From NCBI GenBank assembly GCA_946535985.1, contig CAMNDY010000005.1:4533-68532 (forward strand): a stretch of DNA of 64,000 nucleotides, in the 5' to 3' direction. This document shows positions 28,063 to 38,281 of the stretch, piece by piece. Position 1 is the first letter of the stretch; the number at the start of each line of letters is the position of its first letter. The position numbers and the translations under genes are program-made. The DNA is from an uncultured Treponema sp. GTDB lineage: Bacteria; Spirochaetota; Spirochaetia; Treponematales; Treponemataceae. The notes under the pieces were generated by a model. That model ran no database searches. It had not been told where the DNA came from and saw only the letters and a program-made list of their open reading frames with translations.

Positions 28063-31000
28063 ATGATTAGAAATTTTTCTATAGAGAATTTAAAAGAAAC
28101 TCTTCGTTATAATTTAATAAATTCAAATCAATATAATAATTTTGATTGTGGTCCTGATTTTATAAAAAATAATGCAGAAACTGGAGAAAAAGTTCTTTCT
28201 GCTCTTATAGATGAGCTCAAAACATGTGAAGCATTTGATTTTTCTGTTGCATTTATTACGCAGGGTGGAATTGCATGTTTGCAAAATACACTTCGATTTT
28301 TATCTAAAAATGTAAAAGGGAGAATCTTGACATCCGATTATCTTCATTTTACAGATCCAGATGCCTTACAAAAAATACTAACAAATTTTCCAAATATTGA
28401 ATTAAAAATCTATACAAGAGATGCTTTTCATACAAAAGGATATATATTCAAACATTCTAATTACTATTCAATGTTGATAGGAAGTTCGAATTTAACTGAG
28501 ACAGCGCTTACAGAAAATCAGGAATGGAATCTTCGAGTTATTTCAGCTGAACACGGCTATTTATTAGATAAAGTTCGATTTGAGTTTGATAAGGTTTGGA
28601 AAGAGGCTATACCAGTAACACCAGAATTTCTCAATGAATATATTCCCAAGTATAATCATGCATTGAAGAATAGTAAAAGAGTTCCTATCGAATTAGTGGA
28701 TGATTCTTCTCTTAATGAAAGTATTGAAAATTGCGAAGTAATAAAAACTGCAAATTTAATGCAGGAAAAAACATTGATTAATCTGAAGGCATTTCGGGAT
28801 GCTGACAAGAAAAGAGCTATCTGTGTTGCTGCTACAGGAACAGGAAAAACATATCTTGCAGCAATGGATGTAAAACAAGAAAAACCCAAAAAGGTTTTAT
28901 ATCTTGTTAATAGAGAAACTATTCTAAGGAAGAGTGCAGACAGTTTTAAACAAATTCTTGGAAGTGATATTGATGTTGGTTTTTTGACAGGAAATGAAAA
29001 AAGTTTTTCTCATCAATATTTATTTGCAAGTGTTTGGACTATTGCAAAAAAAGAAAACTTAAAGAAGTTTGATAAGAAAGAATTTAGTTACATTATTGTA
29101 GATGAGGTTCATCATGGTGGAGCAAAAACCTACAGAACCCTAATCGATTATTTTGATCCTGATTTTATGCTGGGACTAACTGCAACTCCAGAAAGAACAG
29201 ACAAATTTAATATTTTCGAATTATTTGATTATAATCAAGCTTGTAATATTCGTTTACAACAAGCGTTAGAAGACAAATTGTTGTGTCCTTTTCATTATTA
29301 TGGTATTGCAGATTTAACAATAAATGATGTTGAAAAAGATGAGCATTCATTAGTTGCAAAGCTTACAACCGAAGAACGCGTAAAGCATATTATTAATAAT
29401 ATTAATTTTTATAGAAATACAAGCGAACCTAATCGAGGCTTGATTTTTTGTAGCAGATATGGGGAAGCTGATAAGATATCAGAAGCATTAAATAAGCATG
29501 GTTTTCATACTATATCGTTACATTCGAAAAATGCAAAAAAGGATGAATTAAGAGAACAAAGAATTGCAGAACTTGAAGATCCAAATAATCCCCTGGAATA
29601 TATTGTTACTGTGGATATATTTAATGAAGGAATAGATATTCCTTCTCTAAATCAAATAATTATGTTACGTCCAACAAAATCATCAATTGTATACATCCAG
29701 CAATTAGGACGTGGTTTACGTAAGAATGAAAATAAAAGTTATTTAACCGTTTTAGATTTTATTGGAAATTATGAAAATAATTATATGATCCCAATTGCTC
29801 TATACGGTGACAACTCAATGAACAAAGATGATTTAAGAAAAAAACTTTCAAGACGTAGTGAATATATACCAGGAAGTTCTACAATTGATTTGGATCCAAT
29901 ATCTGAAAAAAGAATTTTAAAAGCCATTACGGATACAAATTTCCAGCGTCATCAACTACTAGTAGAAAAATACAGATATCTAAGAAATCAATTAAACCGA
30001 ATTCCAACACTAATGGAGTTTGCGAAATCTGATTCAATAGATCCAATTAATTTTATGTTTCATGTAGTTTCCAAGAAGAATAAAGAGACAGGAGCTTTTG
30101 AAAAGTCTTTTACTTTTAATCAAACATATATAGAATTCGCCTATAAAATTGAGAAGAAGACTATAGATTTTTCTACAGATGAAATGACGATTATAAAGTT
30201 TGTTTCCAAAGAATTATCAAATGGTATAAGGCTTCATGAGACATTACTTCTTTCTGAATTAATAAAATCAAAGAAATTAACAAGAAAAAGATTTACAGAA
30301 TTACTTCATGAAAAAAATATTGAGGTTTCCGAGAGGGATCTTTCAGGGATGCTTAATATAATAAATGGGGATTTCTATAAAAAAGCAGAAAAGAAAGGTG
30401 AAGATAAGAAACGTCAATATACAAACTTTGATTTAATTGATTATATTGATGAAGAATATTCATTATCAACAAATTTCACTAAATTATTAAATCATAATTC
30501 TATATTTAAGGAGAATTTATTAGATCTTCTAGAATATTGTAATTTTAGATGGCAAAATAATTATTCAAAAGATATTACTAATAATAATCTTGCTCTATAT
30601 CAAAAATATACACGTAAAGATGTATGTCGTCTGCTGAATTGGGAAGCAAACGCAGAATCTGTAATTTATGGTTATAAAAGAGATTCAAAAACAAATACTT
30701 GTCCAATTTTCGTTACTTATCAAAAGGTAAAACTTGAAGGTTCAACAACAGATTATAAAGATAGATTTATTGATAATTATCAATTTGGATGGCAATCAAA
30801 GGATGGAAAAATTCTAAGTAAAGATAAGACTCTAAAGGATATACAAAATTCAGATTCAAATGGTTTATTAATTCCTCTTTTTATACAGAAGAGTGATAAT
30901 GAAGGTGGAAATTTTTACTATGTAGGGAATTGCTCCGTTGCTGAAATTTCACAAAGTGAACATCAAACAAAAAAGGGAATTAGACCAATAGTTAATGTTG

Positions 31001-31074
31001 TTTTCAATATGGACACACCCATAAAAGATGAAATCTTAAATTATTTAGAACAAGATTTTTCTGAGGAGATATAA
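28063..31074 (+). CDS. PLD nuclease-SF2 helicase-DUF3427 protein (SauUSI-like type IV restriction enzyme)
   Basis: HTKGYIF..GSSNLT (PLD HxK), ATGTGKT, DEVHH, GLTATPER and QQLGRGLR; C-terminal YTRKDVCRLLNW...YKDRF...W.S. Confidence 0.88.
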   Translation: MIRNFSIENLKETLRYNLINSNQYNNFDCGPDFIKNNAETGEKVLSALIDELKTCEAFDFSVAFITQGGIACLQNTLRFLSKNVKGRILTSDYLHFTDPDALQKILTNFPNIELKIYTRDAFHTKGYIFKHSNYYSMLIGSSNLTETALTENQEWNLRVISAEHGYLLDKVRFEFDKVWKEAIPVTPEFLNEYIPKYNHALKNSKRVPIELVDDSSLNESIENCEVIKTANLMQEKTLINLKAFRDADKKRAICVAATGTGKTYLAAMDVKQEKPKKVLYLVNRETILRKSADSFKQILGSDIDVGFLTGNEKSFSHQYLFASVWTIAKKENLKKFDKKEFSYIIVDEVHHGGAKTYRTLIDYFDPDFMLGLTATPERTDKFNIFELFDYNQACNIRLQQALEDKLLCPFHYYGIADLTINDVEKDEHSLVAKLTTEERVKHIINNINFYRNTSEPNRGLIFCSRYGEADKISEALNKHGFHTISLHSKNAKKDELREQRIAELEDPNNPLEYIVTVDIFNEGIDIPSLNQIIMLRPTKSSIVYIQQLGRGLRKNENKSYLTVLDFIGNYENNYMIPIALYGDNSMNKDDLRKKLSRRSEYIPGSSTIDLDPISEKRILKAITDTNFQRHQLLVEKYRYLRNQLNRIPTLMEFAKSDSIDPINFMFHVVSKKNKETGAFEKSFTFNQTYIEFAYKIEKKTIDFSTDEMTIIKFVSKELSNGIRLHETLLLSELIKSKKLTRKRFTELLHEKNIEVSERDLSGMLNIINGDFYKKAEKKGEDKKRQYTNFDLIDYIDEEYSLSTNFTKLLNHNSIFKENLLDLLEYCNFRWQNNYSKDITNNNLALYQKYTRKDVCRLLNWEANAESVIYGYKRDSKTNTCPIFVTYQKVKLEGSTTDYKDRFIDNYQFGWQSKDGKILSKDKTLKDIQNSDSNGLLIPLFIQKSDNEGGNFYYVGNCSVAEISQSEHQTKKGIRPIVNVVFNMDTPIKDEILNYLEQDFSEEI

Positions 31075-31076
31075 CA

Positions 31077-31481
31077 ATGAAACAAATAACAGTTAGTGGT
31101 GCAGTCATACTAAGAACAAACCCACAAACCAATAAAAAAGAAATTTTTGCAACTCAGCGCGGTTATGGCGACTACAAGGATGGTTGGGAAATCCCTGGAG
31201 GAAAGCTTGAACCAGGAGAAACTCCAGAAGCGTGCATTGTACGAGAAATCCGCGAAGAACTTGCCACAGAAATAAAAGCAGAAAAAATTCTTGGAGTAGT
31301 GGACTACGATTATCCAAACTTTCATCTGACTATGCATTGTATTTTGTGTACTATTGTTTCTGGCGAGCTAAAATTACTTGAACATGAAGCTGCGCGATGG
31401 CTTACAAAAGAGACGTTGAGGTCGGTGGATTGGTTACCGGCGGATCAGTTGATTTTGGATAAGATTGAAGAAATTTTATAG
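31077..31481 (+). CDS. Nudix hydrolase (MutT-like)
   Basis: Nudix box GGKLEPGETPEACIVREIREEL; WLPAD. Confidence 0.92.
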   Translation: MKQITVSGAVILRTNPQTNKKEIFATQRGYGDYKDGWEIPGGKLEPGETPEACIVREIREELATEIKAEKILGVVDYDYPNFHLTMHCILCTIVSGELKLLEHEAARWLTKETLRSVDWLPADQLILDKIEEIL

Positions 31482-31680
31482 AAAATCATAAAATAATATC
31501 ATAACAAAATTATTCAATAAAGATCTTTATAAATAATGTATTTAGCAATTCATTATACAATACTTATATATTTTTTTATTGATGATATTAAAAAATAAAA
31601 ATTCCTTGTTACTAGTAATATTGATTTTCATTAATCTATAGCATATTATTAAATAAAGATTATAGAACAAGGAGTTTACT

Positions 31681-33192
31681 ATGAGTAATAATATAGAAAT
31701 GTTAGATAATACCCCTGATTCTGACTTATTATGGAAAGGAATAGGAGGATACTTTGATTCTCTTGGAGAAATATTATGCGAATTCATAGATAATAGTATT
31801 TCAAATATCCGAAAACATAAATTAACAATAAGAGCTATAACAATAAATATCCAAGAAACACAAAAAGATATAAAAATAACTGTAGAAGATTCTGGTACAG
31901 GAATTCTTAAACTTGCTGAATCATTTACCTTGGGATCACAATCTTGTGGTGAAAGTCCATTAAATGAACATGGTTTTGGTTTCAAACACGCATTGGCTTC
32001 TGCAAATCCTGATAATAATGATTGGACTATCATTACCCAAACATTAGAAGATAGGCAACAGGGGTTTTATAGAAAGATTACTGCCCCATATAAACTTTCG
32101 AACCAATTAGTTGAACGAGTTTATGAGCCATGGAAAGGCTCTTTGGGCCAAACAGGAACAATTATTAGTTTTTCTTGTTCAAAAGATATGTTTTATACGA
32201 TTAGACGAGGAATATCAGGGGGGAGAACTTTTAATAATACTATACCAGTATTATTAGAAGATTTGGGATTTATTTATTCAGGTGTTCTCAAACAAGATGC
32301 TATTTCAATCACTATTAAAGGTGTTGATGAAAATGGAGTTCCTTCCTTTAATATTTTGAAACCTATTGAACCCCGTTGGAGTAAATATGTTGGTGGTGCA
32401 AAAGATAGTAGTGAGAAGGTTGATTTAGGAAACGGAAATGTGGATATTCAATATACATTTGGAAGAATAGATGCACATCCTGACACCTATAAATATTATA
32501 AAAAAAATATGGGATCTTCTGGAGTAGAAATTAGGATAAATGGACGTATTTTAGCCTATAATTTATTCAAAGAAATTTGGGGTTTGGAAAATCATCCTTC
32601 ATATAATGAATTTCTTGCAGTAATTAATGTAGTCTCAGATGATGGGAAAAAATTACCTAAAACTAAAACTTCAAAAAATGGATTACGCGAAGGAGATTCT
32701 TCATTAGAAGAATTAATAGCATGGATTAGCAAAAAACTTCCAAGTGATTCTATTCCAAAAAACAATAAACTCCCAGATGAAGATAGAGATGAAGTAGATT
32801 TATTTGAAGAGTTAAAAAAGGCTAAAGAAATCCATATTCCTGGTAATCCCATTGTTGAAACTCAACTATATGCCTATAAGAATTTAAATGAAAAGATTCG
32901 TATGGATTTATATATTGATAATAATAATGAGGTAACAATATACGAGGGTAAAAAAGAAAAGACAAGATTGCTTGATTTGTACCAGTTATTAATGTACTGG
33001 GATGGATTTGTTTATGATAATCCTCATTCAAAAAACTCTGTTAAGGAAGGTATTCTAATAGCATCGGAACATCCAGATTCTTTGCGTGAGATTATACCAT
33101 ATATCAATCAAATGAAAGACCAGAAAGGAAATAACTATAATATTGTGTTAAAAACCTGGAAAGAAGAAGGTATCGACTATCCAAGAGATTAA
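31681..33192 (+). CDS. GHKL (MORC/HATPase_c_3) ATPase fused to a C-terminal PD-(D/E)xK nuclease
   Basis: EFIDNS, DSGTG, HGFGFK and GT motifs; C-terminal RMDLY...IYEGKK...QLLMY. Confidence 0.75.
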   Translation: MSNNIEMLDNTPDSDLLWKGIGGYFDSLGEILCEFIDNSISNIRKHKLTIRAITINIQETQKDIKITVEDSGTGILKLAESFTLGSQSCGESPLNEHGFGFKHALASANPDNNDWTIITQTLEDRQQGFYRKITAPYKLSNQLVERVYEPWKGSLGQTGTIISFSCSKDMFYTIRRGISGGRTFNNTIPVLLEDLGFIYSGVLKQDAISITIKGVDENGVPSFNILKPIEPRWSKYVGGAKDSSEKVDLGNGNVDIQYTFGRIDAHPDTYKYYKKNMGSSGVEIRINGRILAYNLFKEIWGLENHPSYNEFLAVINVVSDDGKKLPKTKTSKNGLREGDSSLEELIAWISKKLPSDSIPKNNKLPDEDRDEVDLFEELKKAKEIHIPGNPIVETQLYAYKNLNEKIRMDLYIDNNNEVTIYEGKKEKTRLLDLYQLLMYWDGFVYDNPHSKNSVKEGILIASEHPDSLREIIPYINQMKDQKGNNYNIVLKTWKEEGIDYPRD

Positions 33193-33224
33193 TTTCTAAT
33201 TAATTCAATTTTTTTAATGAATAA

Positions 33225-34253
33225 TCAAACTTTCCACCCCGCTTCAAACCCATTAAAAATTGCAGAATGCTGCATTTCTATCAGGCGGGAATATGAGTAG
33301 GTTTTGAAATCCTGATGAACGATTTCTAGGTCCATGTTGCATAATTTGGAATTACGTTCCTTGATGTTTTCAAAATAATGCTGGTCCGGGAGCTTGTTGC
33401 TTTTGGATGTGTTGCAGTGAGGGCAGGCCAGGACAAAGTTCCAGAGCTTGTCATCTTTTACAAAGCTCCATGGAATAAAATGATCAACCGGTGAGTTTTT
33501 GTCGGAATCCTGATGCAAAGGTTTGCCACAGTAGAAACATCTTGTCTGATTAAATTCAACCAGAACCTTGTAATATTGGTTTAAGTTGCTGCGCTCTGTA
33601 GAAGCATCAAGTTTATTTGCAAGTCTGTAGGAATCTTCTTCTAAGTTTGCTTTTTCAAGGTATTTTATCCACTGATAATAATTTTGTTTTTCAAAAACGG
33701 ATTTGTATTTTACTAAGGCAGTATAAACATCTGGATTCAAAAAGATTCCGTCGGATTTGTCTTTTTTGTCAAAATGGTAGAACTGGTCATCGGTATCTCC
33801 GCAAAAGGCTGCGACAACATTCTTGAGCATTTGCTTTTTTATATTTTTTACTATTTCAAGTTGTAAATCTGTCCGCAAAACTTCAAAGCGGAAGATTGTC
33901 ATTTTTTCTGAATAATCAAAATTATATTTCTGACAAAAGGCAAACAATTCTTTTTCTACGCTTGTATGCTCATGGTGTGAAGTTTTTATTTCCTGCCGGA
34001 GATGATAATTTAAAACAAGATTCCAGTAAATTTCGGTAAACCGAGTGGCAAGATTATCAAATGAAAGATAGTGTGTATCAAGATCAACGTTAAAAACATT
34101 ATCAATTATCGATTTGAAAAATGCATATTTATAGGTTGTTGAGTGCTGGGCATTTCCAGATAAAGCGTGGTTAATTAATTCAATAACTTCTGCTTCTGAA
34201 AGAGAACGGAATGGAACTGTATTACTAATAGAATCCCAGCGAGTAACAGACAT
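33225..34253 (-). CDS. HNH endonuclease with N-terminal recognition domain
   Basis: CFYCG...VDHFIPWS...NFVLACPHCNTSKSN; N-terminal STTYKYAF. Confidence 0.88.
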   Translation of the reverse strand: MSVTRWDSISNTVPFRSLSEAEVIELINHALSGNAQHSTTYKYAFFKSIIDNVFNVDLDTHYLSFDNLATRFTEIYWNLVLNYHLRQEIKTSHHEHTSVEKELFAFCQKYNFDYSEKMTIFRFEVLRTDLQLEIVKNIKKQMLKNVVAAFCGDTDDQFYHFDKKDKSDGIFLNPDVYTALVKYKSVFEKQNYYQWIKYLEKANLEEDSYRLANKLDASTERSNLNQYYKVLVEFNQTRCFYCGKPLHQDSDKNSPVDHFIPWSFVKDDKLWNFVLACPHCNTSKSNKLPDQHYFENIKERNSKLCNMDLEIVHQDFKTYSYSRLIEMQHSAIFNGFEAGWKV

Positions 34254-34309
34254 TTCTATTTTATTATACCAGAGGAAGTATCATAATACAAATTCTTAAG
34301 ATCCAACCA

Positions 34310-34398
34310 GGGCGTTGCGGGCCTTGGAACAGAAGGCATTGCCCGCTCGAAGGGGTAGGGCGCAACGCAGTGCGACCGAGGGGAAGGCTTTCCCCTCC
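34310..34398. repeat. GC-rich hairpin-forming intergenic element
   Basis: GC-rich segment ending in GAGGGGAAGGCTTTCCCCTC. Confidence 0.45.
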
Positions 34399-34423
34399 TT
34401 CTTTCATAAAAAAATCATCAAAC

Positions 34424-34455
34424 TCTCACCAAATGATAGTCTTCCACACTATATT
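34424..34455 (+). promoter_or_regulatory. Regulon site TCTCA-CCAAA-TGATAG-N10-TATATT
   Basis: Exact motif; core identical to the 38139 site. Confidence 0.78.
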
Positions 34456-34479
34456 ATTATATAGAACAGGAGGCACAGT

Positions 34480-34707
34480 ATGTCTAAATGGAGTGAAGAA
34501 CTTAAAGAGAAAACTCGAAAGGAGATTTTCCTTGGAGCTGTGGTAAAGAACGAAGAGCATGAGTATGGGCTTGTTATGCGCAAGGATCCAAAGGTTGTTA
34601 TTTATGGAATCCAAAGCGGGGGTGTTATACCTCTTCCTAGTGGTGATGTTATTGCAACCTTTGATTCTGTTAATGCTATGGTCGATGCCGGCTGGGTCTT
34701 GGATTAG
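34480..34707 (+). CDS. Small hypothetical protein
   Basis: AGGAGG RBS; ends in MVDAGWVLD. Confidence 0.75.
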   Translation: MSKWSEELKEKTRKEIFLGAVVKNEEHEYGLVMRKDPKVVIYGIQSGGVIPLPSGDVIATFDSVNAMVDAGWVLD

Positions 34708-34883
34708 ACATTTCTATTTTATAATATCATAGGCCATGTTATAATAAAATCCAACAAAAACAACGGCGGGAACTTTTAAACCGTAAGCCGCCGCATTATT
34801 AATGGAATAAATTTATCGGCAAAATAAGCTGTAGTTTTCTATGTGGATTTCTCTTTATATTTTGCCGATAGCGTGCTACAATA

Positions 34884-35801
34884 TTGCCTGTGAGTAAAGT
34901 AAAATATATTGGTGTAGAAAAGGTGGCTCAAAACTGGCAGATTAGCGAACGCAGTGTACGAAATTATTGTGCACAGGGACGTGTCCAAGGCGCTCTTCTG
35001 GAAGGAAAAACCTGGAAGATTCCATCAACAGCGCAAAAGCCCGACCGAAAGCCCCGTCATTCAACCTCATCACCAGAAACTCTCCTTACAGTTCTCAAGC
35101 GCGAAAAGGAAGCCGGTCTTAAGGGTGGCATCTATCATAAAATCCAGATTGATCTTACTTATAATTCTAATCACATCGAAGGCTCAAAACTTACACATGA
35201 CCAGACCCGTTTCATCTTTGAAACAAAAACTCTTGGCGTCACTAAAAAGGCTGTAAAGGTTGATGATATTGTAGAAACTGTAAATCACTTCCGCTGCATT
35301 GATCTTATAATCGAAGGTGCCCACACAAAACTCACAGAAAGCTTTATAAAGCAGCTTCATTTCATTTTAAAATCCGGGACTACAGACAGCCAGAAATCCT
35401 GGTTCAAAGTTGGGGATTATAAAGGCCTGGAAAACGAAGTCGGCGGCTCAGAAACAACAAAACCAGAAGAAGTAGCCGGCGCAATCAAGGCACTGCTAAA
35501 AGAATATAATTCAAAATCAAAAATCACCTTTGATGATATTCTTGATTTTCATGTATGCTTTGAATCTATTCACCCATTCCAAGATGGCAATGGTCGCGTA
35601 GGCCGGCTGATCATGTTTAAGGAATGTCTTAAGCATAATATTGTTCCGTTTATAATTACAGAAGAACTTAAAATGTACTATTACCGTGGCCTTGCCAACT
35701 GGAAGCGCACCCGTGGATTTTTGCGTGATACCTGCCTTACCGCCCAGGATGAAATGAAAGCTGCACTTGATTATTTTGGTGTGAAGTATGAAGCCCTCTA
35801 A
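34884..35801 (+). CDS. Fic family protein with N-terminal HTH
   Basis: Fic motif HPFQDGNGRVGR; YNSNHIEG; N-terminal SERSVRNYCAQGR. Confidence 0.92.
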   Translation: MPVSKVKYIGVEKVAQNWQISERSVRNYCAQGRVQGALLEGKTWKIPSTAQKPDRKPRHSTSSPETLLTVLKREKEAGLKGGIYHKIQIDLTYNSNHIEGSKLTHDQTRFIFETKTLGVTKKAVKVDDIVETVNHFRCIDLIIEGAHTKLTESFIKQLHFILKSGTTDSQKSWFKVGDYKGLENEVGGSETTKPEEVAGAIKALLKEYNSKSKITFDDILDFHVCFESIHPFQDGNGRVGRLIMFKECLKHNIVPFIITEELKMYYYRGLANWKRTRGFLRDTCLTAQDEMKAALDYFGVKYEAL

Positions 35802-35882
35802 ACCTATTTGATTTTTCTAAAGAAAGTACCGTTACATCGATTGACAAATTATAAAGTGCTGATACACTTTAAAGTGAACATC

Positions 35883-36464
35883 ATGAAAAAGAACGCATTA
35901 TACATTCACGGCTTTATGGGAAACCCAAAAGGTGGAACTTTTGAAACATTACAAAAGACACTTACAGACTGGAATATTCATTCAATTCCATTTAAACATT
36001 TACATACAAATATTAAAAAAACTCAGCGTCTCATAAAAATCTATTGTAAAGTTAAAAAGATTGACATATTAATTGGAGCCTCCCTTGGTGCATTTTATGT
36101 TCTGCAGTATAAAGGTTTAATAGATAAACTGGTAATAAATCCATGTATGTATCCGTCTATAGAAATTCCAAAATTAAAAGACAGAACAACAGGTGAACCA
36201 ATCATTCTTCCCCAAAAAGTCTTAAAAGGATTTGGCCAGATGGAAAAATACGAAAGCATCTCCCAAGAACAAAAACTCCGTACCTTTGGCATTTTTGCAA
36301 AGGATGATGAATTATTTCATTTCAAAGATTCCTTTGATAAATTATTTGGCGGTCAGAATAATCAAATCCCTTCAAGCATTTTAATTAATGGGCATCATAG
36401 TATTGAAGAGGAATATTTGAAAGAGGGGTTACTGCAGGCGGAGAAATTTTTTATGAGAGGGTAA
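35883..36464 (+). CDS. YqiA-like alpha/beta hydrolase (esterase)
   Basis: YIHGF, GASLG nucleophile elbow, INP, and a C-terminal GHH. Confidence 0.85.
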   Translation: MKKNALYIHGFMGNPKGGTFETLQKTLTDWNIHSIPFKHLHTNIKKTQRLIKIYCKVKKIDILIGASLGAFYVLQYKGLIDKLVINPCMYPSIEIPKLKDRTTGEPIILPQKVLKGFGQMEKYESISQEQKLRTFGIFAKDDELFHFKDSFDKLFGGQNNQIPSSILINGHHSIEEEYLKEGLLQAEKFFMRG

Positions 36465-36528
36465 ATTGGGTGTTCCATTAAAAAAACATAAAAGTATACT
36501 ATTACTATTGACGTAAAGGACAATAACC

Positions 36529-37056
36529 ATGGATGAAATAATCAAACAAATAAAAGCGCAAATAGAAATTAACTTTCAAAACATCAAAGACCAGATTGAA
36601 GTTGCAGACCTGGAAGCTGTATTTGATGGCGTAAATGGCTCTCGCTATATTTTTCATAACCTTCATTCAATGGACAGGTTTTTTATTAACCCCGCAAATT
36701 ATGTTTATGAAGGCGAAAAGCTTTTTGGAATACCAGAAAACCTCAGCGTTATCTCAACTGCCCGTGAAGGTTTTGTAGAAGATACTTCCATTGTAATTCC
36801 TCGCGAAAAGCTCATGGCATATTTTGAGTTTGTAACAAATAAGATTGAACACTACATGGAAAATCTTACTGTCGAGGAACTTGTTCAGAAACCTCAGGGC
36901 AGTGAGTATACCCGCCTTGAACTCATTCTTGGCCAAATGCGTCACCAGATGTGGCATGTTGGTCTTTCATCTGCAATTACTTTTGAAAATAAGAATATCT
37001 GGAATACTTTTACCGGGCTTAATGGGTTGAGAAAGATGATTAAGATGAAAGAGTGA
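36529..37056 (+). CDS. DinB/YfiT-like protein
   Basis: YIFH and TRLELILGQMRHQMWHVG motifs. Confidence 0.7.
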   Translation: MDEIIKQIKAQIEINFQNIKDQIEVADLEAVFDGVNGSRYIFHNLHSMDRFFINPANYVYEGEKLFGIPENLSVISTAREGFVEDTSIVIPREKLMAYFEFVTNKIEHYMENLTVEELVQKPQGSEYTRLELILGQMRHQMWHVGLSSAITFENKNIWNTFTGLNGLRKMIKMKE

Positions 37057-37235
37057 AATATTAGTTATGTATCATTTTTCATGATATAATTATATATATA
37101 ATATATGTTACACGGGCACCGTACAGGGGTACTTGCGAGGAGACAAAATGAGTTTTTTAAATACTTTCATTGAATTAAGTCTTTTGGATGAAGCTGAAGA
37201 ACAAATCGCAAGTCGCTGTATTATTAAGGAGTAGG

Positions 37236-37283
37236 TTTCAACGAAATGCGGAATAATTAAAAATACTCCGTATTACGTTGAAA
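37236..37283. promoter_or_regulatory. Imperfect inverted repeat overlapping the AbiEi promoter (probable autoregulatory operator)
   Basis: TTCAACGAAATGCGGAAT...ACTCCGTATTACGTTGAA overlapping TTGAAA-17-TATATT. Confidence 0.6.
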
Positions 37284-37312
37284 TATTGCATTTAATCTGT
37301 TATATTTATTGT

Positions 37313-37900
37313 ATGGATATGACCAGATCGCTATCTAAGACAAAACAAATTTACTCTATGGAAGAACTTAAAGCTCTGGGTTTTTCTTACTACCAGATAA
37401 ACAAGATGGTAGAAAACAAGAGCCTTTCGCGTCTGAATAAATCATTTTACGAGAATCTTACTTTTACCGGTGATTCGAATGATTTTTATTTTATTCCGGC
37501 TTTTGTTCCTGATGGAATAATCTGTCTGATGAGTGCCGCTGTTTATTATAATCTTTCAACCTTTCGCCCCAGTGCAATAGATGTTGCTGTTCCGGCGAAG
37601 AAAAAAATAACAACACAGCCTGAATTTTTTGATCTTAGCCTTCATTACTTTTCTGAAGAGAAACTGAATCTTGGTGTAAAGCTTATAACAGAAGGGCAAA
37701 ACTCTTTTAAGATTTTTGATATTGAAAAAACTGTTGCCGATATTATTTGCGCGAGAAACAAAATTGGAATTGAAGAAACCAAAGAAGTGCTTGTAAATTA
37801 TCTTTCGCGTTCGACAAAAAACATAAATGCTCTGTATAGATATGCAGAAAAACTGAAATGCCTTAAAACACTAAAGTTATATCTGGAGGTACTGATTTGA
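37313..37900 (+). CDS. Type IV toxin-antitoxin AbiEi-family antitoxin
   Basis: GIICLMSAAVYYNLS, EKTVADI..RNKIG and YLEVL motifs. Confidence 0.82.
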   Translation: MDMTRSLSKTKQIYSMEELKALGFSYYQINKMVENKSLSRLNKSFYENLTFTGDSNDFYFIPAFVPDGIICLMSAAVYYNLSTFRPSAIDVAVPAKKKITTQPEFFDLSLHYFSEEKLNLGVKLITEGQNSFKIFDIEKTVADIICARNKIGIEETKEVLVNYLSRSTKNINALYRYAEKLKCLKTLKLYLEVLI

Positions 37901-38121
37901 ATGTGCAATCGATAAAAGAAACCGATGACCGAATAACTGCAATAGAAATGAAGCTTGCCTACATGGAAGATTTTGTAAACCAGATTCAGAATGTTGCGGT
38001 TGAGCAGACTAAAACTATTGATAAGCTGCAAAAAGAAATAAAATTGATGTCTGACAAAATCCGCGAACTTTCGGATACTGCAGAAGGGGATATTCCTAAC
38101 CGCAAGCCGCCGCATTATTAA
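37897..38121 (+). CDS. slyX: SlyX family protein
   Basis: RITAIEMKLAYMED coiled coil; C-terminal PPHY. Confidence 0.85.
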   Translation: MNVQSIKETDDRITAIEMKLAYMEDFVNQIQNVAVEQTKTIDKLQKEIKLMSDKIRELSDTAEGDIPNRKPPHY

Positions 38122-38138
38122 TAAAAAAAATTCCACAC

Positions 38139-38170
38139 TCTCACCAAATGATAGTTTCCTGCGCTATATT
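38139..38170 (+). promoter_or_regulatory. Regulon site TCTCA-CCAAA-TGATAG-N10-TATATT upstream of addB-addA
   Basis: Exact motif. Confidence 0.78.
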
Positions 38171-38177
38171 ATTATTT

Positions 38178-38235
38178 AGATTCCCGGGTTAAGCCCGAGA
38201 ATGACATATCCTTGGGGTCAAGTCCGAGGATGACA
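38178..38235. repeat. Two REP/dRS3-like palindromes
   Basis: AGATTCCCGGGTTAAGCCCGAGAATGACA and TCCTTGGGGTCAAGTCCGAGGATGACA. Confidence 0.65.
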
Positions 38236-38281
38236 ATGGTTTTTTCATATATTAGTGCTATAATATCAGCAGGAGTTATTT

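Noticed and set aside
37069-37090. Additional regulon site TATCA-N7-TGATA
   Set aside because: The spacer is 7 rather than 5, and the right arm overlaps a TATAAT, so the geometry does not match.
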